Origin: a virus
Lineage: Duplodnaviria; Heunggongvirae; Uroviricota; Caudoviricetes
IMG/VR virus record: IMGVR_UViG_2645727821_000005
Location: 1-17,526 of that record
Direction: 5' to 3' (one strand)
DNA: 17,526 nucleotides
In this document: positions 13,454 through 17,526 of the stretch, one piece after another
Numbering within the stretch: the stretch's first letter is position 1
How the letters are laid out: every line of letters starts with the position of its first letter
Position numbers and translations under genes: made by a program
Notes under the pieces: model-generated
Seen by the model: the letters and a program-made list of their open reading frames with translations, nothing else
Told to the model about the DNA's origin: nothing
The model's database searches: none

Positions 13454-13477
13454 AGCAATGAATCAACATCCTGCATG

Positions 13478-13546
13478 CTCGTGCAGAGGAGTTCCCCGTC
13501 AGGCTACGGTCATGGTTAATGCGGGAATACAGCGACGATACAGCGC
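13478..13546. repeat. Direct repeat, copy 1 (~69 bp; partner at 15263..15331)
   Basis: ctcgtgcagaggagttccccgtcaggctacggtcatggttaatgcgggaatacagcgacgatacagcgc aligns to 15263..15331 in the same orientation with 5 mismatches (about 93% identity) at an offset of 1785 bp. Confidence 0.9.
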
Positions 13547-13662
13547 ATGATGTGTCAGGCTTGAATACATTTATCCGTTAAAAGGGATATCAGTTAAGTT
13601 ATCCCGTGTAGGGTATAAGCCATTATCAAAGCCACTCAGTAGCGAATGGCTTTTGTAATGGA

Positions 13663-14112
13663 CTATTTAATTAGTGATGCTGCGTATTCGATTAGATATA
13701 ACTTAGGTGCCAACCAGATTTTTAACCATGTCATATTGGTTACTACAGCAATAATAAAACTTACCCACAGAACAAAAACTGCTGCTAATGGTAAGATAAG
13801 AAAACTAATCTCACCGTTACTTTCCCAAATCATAGTCGGTTTGTATTTAGGCTTCCCTTTTTCCCATGACCATCCTTCATTATCGAACTTACCAATTTCA
13901 ACTTTTTGGTACTGTTTCTTCATAAACCAAATAACCAGCGGGATTGTTGAAATGGCTATTAATGTTTTAATCAGGCTATCAACCATATTCCATACCAGCA
14001 ACTGATGAACAACATCCGGAATCTGAGCCTGACTGAATGCAATGGCGGAATCAATTCCATCGCTGGCCTTCTTCAATAAATCAACAAGAATTTTATTTGC
14101 TTCTTCTTGCAT
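13663..14112 (-). CDS. Hypothetical small membrane protein (149 aa; at least two predicted transmembrane segments), AT-rich accessory gene
   Basis: ATG at 14112..14110 with a weak AGGA-type RBS (MQEEANKILVDLLKKASDGIDSAIAF...). Hydrophobic stretches LIKTLIAISTIPLVIWFM and ISFLILPLAAVFVLWVSFIIAVV. Lysine-rich, low GC compared with the flanking phage genes. No family recognised. The ORF-track start at 14157 is an alternative. Confidence 0.7.
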   Translation of the reverse strand: MQEEANKILVDLLKKASDGIDSAIAFSQAQIPDVVHQLLVWNMVDSLIKTLIAISTIPLVIWFMKKQYQKVEIGKFDNEGWSWEKGKPKYKPTMIWESNGEISFLILPLAAVFVLWVSFIIAVVTNMTWLKIWLAPKLYLIEYAASLIK

Positions 14113-14237
14113 GTTTATATCCTGTAAGTTGTAAGCCTGTTCGAGAAAAATAAACAACTACGAGAGACAGAAAAAAAATATCTCAGGCTCTCTTTCTATA
14201 AGCTTTTAGTTGAGGATGTTCTGCAAAACAAAACTGG

Positions 14238-15098
14238 TTAGTTATGTAACTGCTTCCGGAATACAACAGCCGACGAGCTACAACGTAAAATTCGTTTGAT
14301 TGTGGCAGTTGAGGAAACATACTTGCATTTCTCAACATCATCAATAATGACCACATCCGGTACAGGAATGACGCGGGTATGCAATGTTTTTGCACTAATA
14401 ACATCACAGCCATTCAGTGGTCGAATATCTGCATCTTCAGGCACTACCAGAAGCACACGTTTTTCCGGTGCAGAAAAGCCAGCAGCAAGAGTGCGTGACA
14501 ATAAAGTCATTCCGCTGCGTGGCTTCATACAAATTTCAGAAATATGATTCTTTTCGTCCAAATGATGCTGGACATCATTTTTATCATCACTCAACAACTC
14601 TGCTGTTAATACAATCCCTGCTGTCTCAGATTTCCAGGAAATGCTGATATCCTGATCATCTGCATCAACATCATATTTCATCGAGTAAGGACTAAAGCTA
14701 CGTCCAACGAACGCATCATTTACCAGTACACGCCCACCCTGTCTGACCTGAAAGTCAACGCGCCCTGAAAGCTGATTTGCTGTTACAAGCAATGCCTTTT
14801 TTCTTTTTGTTTTATTGCTCATTGCCACCAACTGTTCAGCCATCTCTCTTGTCACACTACCAGAAACTCTTTCTTGAATTTTCACAGAAAATTTTCTGGA
14901 TGTAGTAGCATCGACATTAAAAAATCTGGATGTCATCAGGCAGTTATTAACAATTGGCATCAGCTCACTTACGATTGTAAAAAATTCCCGGTAAAGCTCA
15001 TTTTGCTTTTCAACACACAGCTTTCCACAATCGTCCAGCTTACGCTCAAGAGCACTTAACCTTTCCATTATTGAATTAATTTTTTGCAACTCTTTCAT
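14238..15098 (-). CDS. Hypothetical protein (286 aa), AT-rich accessory gene with a coiled-coil-like N-terminus; function unknown
   Basis: ATG at 15098..15096 preceded by a strong AGGAGG RBS at 5-6 nt spacing (MKELQKINSIMERLSALERKLDDCGKL...). The 373-aa ORF in the track extends upstream through the repeat and palindrome region and is probably not translated. Low GC. No family recognised. Confidence 0.75.
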   Translation of the reverse strand: MKELQKINSIMERLSALERKLDDCGKLCVEKQNELYREFFTIVSELMPIVNNCLMTSRFFNVDATTSRKFSVKIQERVSGSVTREMAEQLVAMSNKTKRKKALLVTANQLSGRVDFQVRQGGRVLVNDAFVGRSFSPYSMKYDVDADDQDISISWKSETAGIVLTAELLSDDKNDVQHHLDEKNHISEICMKPRSGMTLLSRTLAAGFSAPEKRVLLVVPEDADIRPLNGCDVISAKTLHTRVIPVPDVVIIDDVEKCKYVSSTATIKRILRCSSSAVVFRKQLHN

Positions 15099-15120
15099 CA
15101 AAACCTCCTGACAAAAATAC

Positions 15121-15140
15121 CGTGCGACCACGGTCGCACG
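15121..15140. repeat. 18-bp palindrome, copy 2 of 3 (9-bp arms here), just upstream of the 286-aa gene RBS
   Basis: cGTGCGACCACGGTCGCACg. On the minus strand the hairpin is followed by GGTATTTTTGT and then AGGAGG and the ATG, so it is terminator- or attenuator-like. Confidence 0.85.
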
Positions 15141-15262
15141 CTCCTGAATACATGCCCTGTTTCTTCCACCCTCGCACAGGACTGGCGAGCATGAGGGACA
15201 AACCCGCGAATCATTAGCGCGGTAAAAACCCGGTGTGCATCGTTTTTGATTATTTCCGCACA

Positions 15263-15331
15263 CTCGCGCAGAGGAGTTCCCCGTCGGGCTACGGTCATGG
15301 TTAATGCGGAAATACGGCGACGATGCAGCGC
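15263..15331. repeat. Direct repeat, copy 2 (~69 bp; partner at 13478..13546)
   Basis: ctcgcgcagaggagttccccgtcgggctacggtcatggttaatgcggaaatacggcgacgatgcagcgc; see copy 1. Confidence 0.9.
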
Positions 15332-15340
15332 GGTATTTAA

Positions 15341-15360
15341 TGTGCGACCACGGTCGCACA
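15341..15360. repeat. 18-bp palindrome, copy 3 of 3 (9-bp arms), 20 nt downstream of the DUF4406-like gene stop
   Basis: tGTGCGACCACGGTCGCACa. On the minus strand it follows the TAA of the upstream gene and is followed by the A/U-rich ATTAAATAC. Confidence 0.85.
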
Positions 15361-15378
15361 CGAGAAACAAAGAGATTT

Positions 15379-15690
15379 TTATGCTACAGAGGAACAAGCT
15401 GGCGGGTAATTCAGCGTAGTGAATACCGGCATCTCCATCTTGTATGCGTAATGATACTCAGCAGTTGCTCCAGCAGACGCTTTCCAGCCAGGAAGCATCA
15501 AAATAGCATCCGCACAACGAAGCATTGCAAAGCAAATATCCATGTATTCACGTTGTGTCAGACCATTAGGTAAAGTGGCTGGATTCAAGACAGAGTGACC
15601 ATGTCGTGACAAACGATCTGCCTCTTTATTAAAGGCGTCACGATTAAAGTTCTCATATCCCGTCATTGGCCCGGCAATATAAATTTTCAT
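15379..15690 (-). CDS. Small accessory protein, DUF4406-like / nucleoside 2-deoxyribosyltransferase-like (103 aa)
   Basis: ATG at 15690..15688 (MKIYIAGPMTGYENFNRDAFNKEADRLSRHGHSVLNPATLP...). The N-terminal MKIYIAGPMTG...NP motif is what I recall as characteristic of DUF4406. Sits directly downstream of Rz. GC is visibly lower than the head genes. Family call is from memory. Confidence 0.75.
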   Translation of the reverse strand: MKIYIAGPMTGYENFNRDAFNKEADRLSRHGHSVLNPATLPNGLTQREYMDICFAMLRCADAILMLPGWKASAGATAEYHYAYKMEMPVFTTLNYPPACSSVA

Positions 15691-15731
15691 TCACTATCCA
15701 ACAAATTGAGTTCGTTTTTGATACAGAGGGA

Positions 15732-16199
15732 TTAATTCAGGCATTGCGTATTGATGTATTCCTGAAGCGTTCTCAGTGCTGTTTGGTCGCGGATAATTCC
15801 GTCCCGGATACCGAGAACGTTTCGTCCAGCAACTGAAGAGAGTTCGACGGTGGCATCATTGCCCATGCCGGAGGCGCTGGAGGTTTTGGCTGAGGCTGGC
15901 ACAAGGCATTTTCCTTTGACGAGCACCCGACCACCATTATCAAGCTTACGCCGAAGAGCATCATTTTCAGCTTTCGCATTGGCTAACTCCTTCGTGTATT
16001 TAGCATCGAGTGCATCAGCAGCACGCTGGCGCTGCTGCATGTCAGCGATGGTGGCGGTCGCCTGCTTCAGCTCACTGACTTTTTTATCACGCTGTTCTTT
16101 GTAGGCGATGGCGTTATCACGGTAATGATTAACAGCCCACGACAGGCAGACGATGATGCAGATAACCAGAGCGGAGATAATCGCGGTTAACCGACTCAT
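15732..16199 (-). CDS. Rz: Spanin inner-membrane subunit Rz (i-spanin)
   Basis: ATG at 16199..16197 ([40 protein letters not shown]...) gives an N-terminal transmembrane helix, then a coiled-coil periplasmic domain; N-terminus is like lambda Rz. The ORF-track start at 16235 is a GTG extension. Confidence 0.85.
   Translation of the reverse strand: MSRLTAIISALVICIIVCLSWAVNHYRDNAIAYKEQRDKKVSELKQATATIADMQQRQRAADALDAKYTKELANAKAENDALRRKLDNGGRVLVKGKCLVPASAKTSSASGMGNDATVELSSVAGRNVLGIRDGIIRDQTALRTLQEYINTQCLN
15773..15979 (-). CDS. Rz1: Spanin outer-membrane lipoprotein subunit Rz1 (o-spanin), embedded in the +1 frame of Rz
   Basis: 68 aa ([44 protein letters not shown]...). ATG at 15979..15977, lipobox-like VVGC and a proline-rich segment, entirely inside Rz in a different frame as in lambda Rz/Rz1. 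Confidence 0.8.
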   Translation of the reverse strand: MRKLKMMLFGVSLIMVVGCSSKENALCQPQPKPPAPPAWAMMPPSNSLQLLDETFSVSGTELSATKQH

Positions 16200-16287
16200 G
16201 ACATCAACACCCCAACGGCTAGAAACCACGGCCACGCATCGTTGCCATTAAATGCGAGCAACGCTGCCATGAAAAAGCAAATCATGC

Positions 16288-16785
16288 TCATTGCTGCCCC
16301 CACAAACAGACTTCTCGCTCAATATCACGACGGGTCATCAGCCCTTTCCATTGCTTACCGCCAGCGTATGTCCAGCGACGCAACTGGTCACATGCGCCCT
16401 TGATATCGCCCTGGTTTATTTTGCGAAGAAGCGTCGATGTTCTGAAATTACCAGCACCCACGTTGTAAACGAATGAGTAAAGAGCGCCGCGCGTTGTTTC
16501 CGGTATATCGACTTTGATGTACGGGTTAATTTGTCTGGCGACAGTGGCAAGGTCTTTATTCAGGAGGGCTTTGCATTCTGCTTCGGTATACGTTTTACCG
16601 AGCATGATGTCTTTTCCGGTGTGTCCGTGACATACAGTCCATACGCCAACGATATCTTTGTATGGTATGTAGCTGACACCTTCCAGGCCATCGTCACCAC
16701 CTGGGCCAGTGATTAACACTGATGCTATAGCAATTGCTCCGCCACCAATAGCAGCAGCAACGGCTTTTCGTAATGATGGAGGCAT
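16288..16785 (-). CDS. R: SAR endolysin (T4-lysozyme-family muramidase with N-terminal signal-anchor-release domain), phage 21 R-like
   Basis: 165 aa ([59 protein letters not shown]...). Gly/Ala-rich weakly hydrophobic N-terminus typical of SAR endolysins, followed by a lysozyme catalytic region. ATG overlaps the S stop (TAATG). Confidence 0.9.
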   Translation of the reverse strand: MPPSLRKAVAAAIGGGAIAIASVLITGPGGDDGLEGVSYIPYKDIVGVWTVCHGHTGKDIMLGKTYTEAECKALLNKDLATVARQINPYIKVDIPETTRGALYSFVYNVGAGNFRTSTLLRKINQGDIKGACDQLRRWTYAGGKQWKGLMTRRDIEREVCLWGQQ

Positions 16786-17000
16786 TATTCACCTCTCGCA
16801 GCCTTGCGCTTATCTTCTTTAATCTTGAAATAAAGGTTTGTCAGGTACGTCAGCAGGCCAAATACCAGGCTACCCAGCACACCTATTGCTGCCCACTGTG
16901 AGGGCGTGACTTTATCGAGCAACTGTAAAAACCAATACCCGGCACTACCTGCTGAGGTGCCATAGGCGACACCCGTTGTTAACTTATCCATGGATTTCAT
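16785..17000 (-). CDS. S: Pinholin (phage 21 S-like holin/antiholin with dual-start motif)
   Basis: 71 aa ([71 protein letters not shown]). Two transmembrane segments. MKSM dual start at Met1 and Met4. RBS GAGGTGG. Immediately upstream of the SAR endolysin. Confidence 0.9.
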
Positions 17001-17031
17001 AACCCCACCTCGCAGATGCGGGTGCTGTGTA

Positions 17032-17060
17032 ATGGAAATAAAAAGGCCACCTGCGTGGCC
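17032..17060 (-). terminator. Putative intrinsic terminator between the methyltransferase gene and S
   Basis: Minus strand reads GGCCACGCAGGTGGCC (6-bp GC stem, 4-nt loop) followed by TTTTTATTT, in the 66-bp gap between the methyltransferase stop (17067) and the S start (17000). Confidence 0.6.
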
Positions 17061-17066
17061 ACCAGA

Positions 17067-17526
17067 TTATTTCCCCACCAGCTCGTTTATCTCTTTCACT
17101 GTCTGGTTAAACCGCCCTGACTCAAGATCAACACCTAAGGCCCGACGCCCCAGCGCCATTGCTGCTTTTATTGTGGAACCGGATCCCATAAAAAAATCAG
17201 CAACCAGATCACCTGGTCGACTACTGGCATTGATTATTTGCCTGAGCATATCCGCCGGTTTCTCACACGGATGTTTCCCCGGGTAGAACTGAACGGGTTT
17301 ATGCATCCAGACATCGGTATAAGGCACGGAGACTGATACGGAGAAATAGCGCCGGAGAGATTTAAACTCATCCAGCAATTCAGAATATTTGCGATTCAGT
17401 GAATCATAAGATGCCACCAGCTGGTGGTGTGGTTGTTCCAGTTGTTGTTCCTGAAACTTCTCTGCCGCTATACGGGAAAACAGTGCCTGTAACTTCCGAT
17501 AGTCAGCCTCATTCGGCAACTGCCAC
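17067..17526 (-). CDS. DNA methyltransferase (N6-adenine/N4-cytosine family, beta-class motif order), 3' portion only; 5' end lies outside the window
   Basis: C-terminal ...HKPVQFYPGKHPCEKPADMLRQIINASSRPGDLVADFFMGSGSTIKAAMALGRRALGVDLE... contains the FxGSGST AdoMet-binding motif I near the C-terminus. The DPPY-type catalytic motif expected upstream is not in the window, so the Met at 17519 is probably not the true start. Confidence 0.8.
   Translation of the reverse strand, partial: WQLPNEADYRKLQALFSRIAAEKFQEQQLEQPHHQLVASYDSLNRKYSELLDEFKSLRRYFSVSVSVPYTDVWMHKPVQFYPGKHPCEKPADMLRQIINASSRPGDLVADFFMGSGSTIKAAMALGRRALGVDLESGRFNQTVKEINELVGK

Noticed and set aside
13273-13476. Minus-strand 67-aa ORF across cos
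   Set aside because: It overlaps cosN and cosB, which must be non-coding DNA recognised by terminase.
13600-13662. Possible hairpin (aagccatt...aatggctt followed by tttt on the plus strand) downstream of the 149-aa gene
   Set aside because: The U-tract is on the plus strand while the adjacent genes are on the minus strand; on the minus strand the stem has a long loop and no U-run, so it is not a convincing terminator.
13646-14005. Plus-strand 119-aa ORF overlapping the 149-aa membrane-protein gene
   Set aside because: It is antisense to an ORF with a plausible start and clear transmembrane segments. Its hydrophobic translation is probably an artefact of the AT-rich composition, though without experimental data the strand assignment of this small gene is less certain than for the phage genes.
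14238-15359. The 373-aa upstream-extended version of the 286-aa gene
   Set aside because: The extension crosses the repeats and the palindrome; the internal ATG at 15098 has a strong AGGAGG RBS, and the composition shifts to AT-rich only from that point.
15098-15397. Minus-strand 99-aa ORF spanning the palindrome and direct-repeat region
   Set aside because: It runs straight through two palindromes and a direct repeat, has no convincing RBS, and the equivalent frame through the other repeat copy is not conserved. Likely non-coding.
17061-17200. Possible late promoter (pR'-like) inside the 3' end of the methyltransferase gene
   Set aside because: I could not find a convincing -35/-10 pair by eye, so the late promoter is more likely upstream of the window.

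Overview
This window is the late region of a lambdoid (phage lambda-like) phage or prophage, with every supported gene on the minus strand. Reading the minus strand from high to low coordinates: the 3' part of a DNA methyltransferase gene, a phage-21-type lysis cassette (pinholin S, SAR endolysin R, spanins Rz with embedded Rz1), a roughly 2.3 kb accessory region, a lambda-type cos site, and then an apparently intact lambda-like packaging, head and tail block (Nu1, A, W, B, C with nested Nu3, D, E, FI, FII, Z, U, V, G with the G-T frameshift, H, and the start of M). Gene identities rest on my recollection of lambda and phage 21 proteins, on exact gene lengths, and on start codons and ribosome-binding sites that I checked base by base; no database search was run. 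The accessory region between Rz and cos is the part worth attention. It holds a DUF4406-like gene and an AT-rich two-gene cassette (a 286-aa protein and a 149-aa membrane protein, neither of which I recognise), bracketed by ~69-bp imperfect direct repeats and marked by three copies of an identical 18-bp palindrome. I propose this cassette as a candidate undescribed accessory or defence system, but its function is inference only. I found no tRNA, rRNA, CRISPR array, IS element or integrase.
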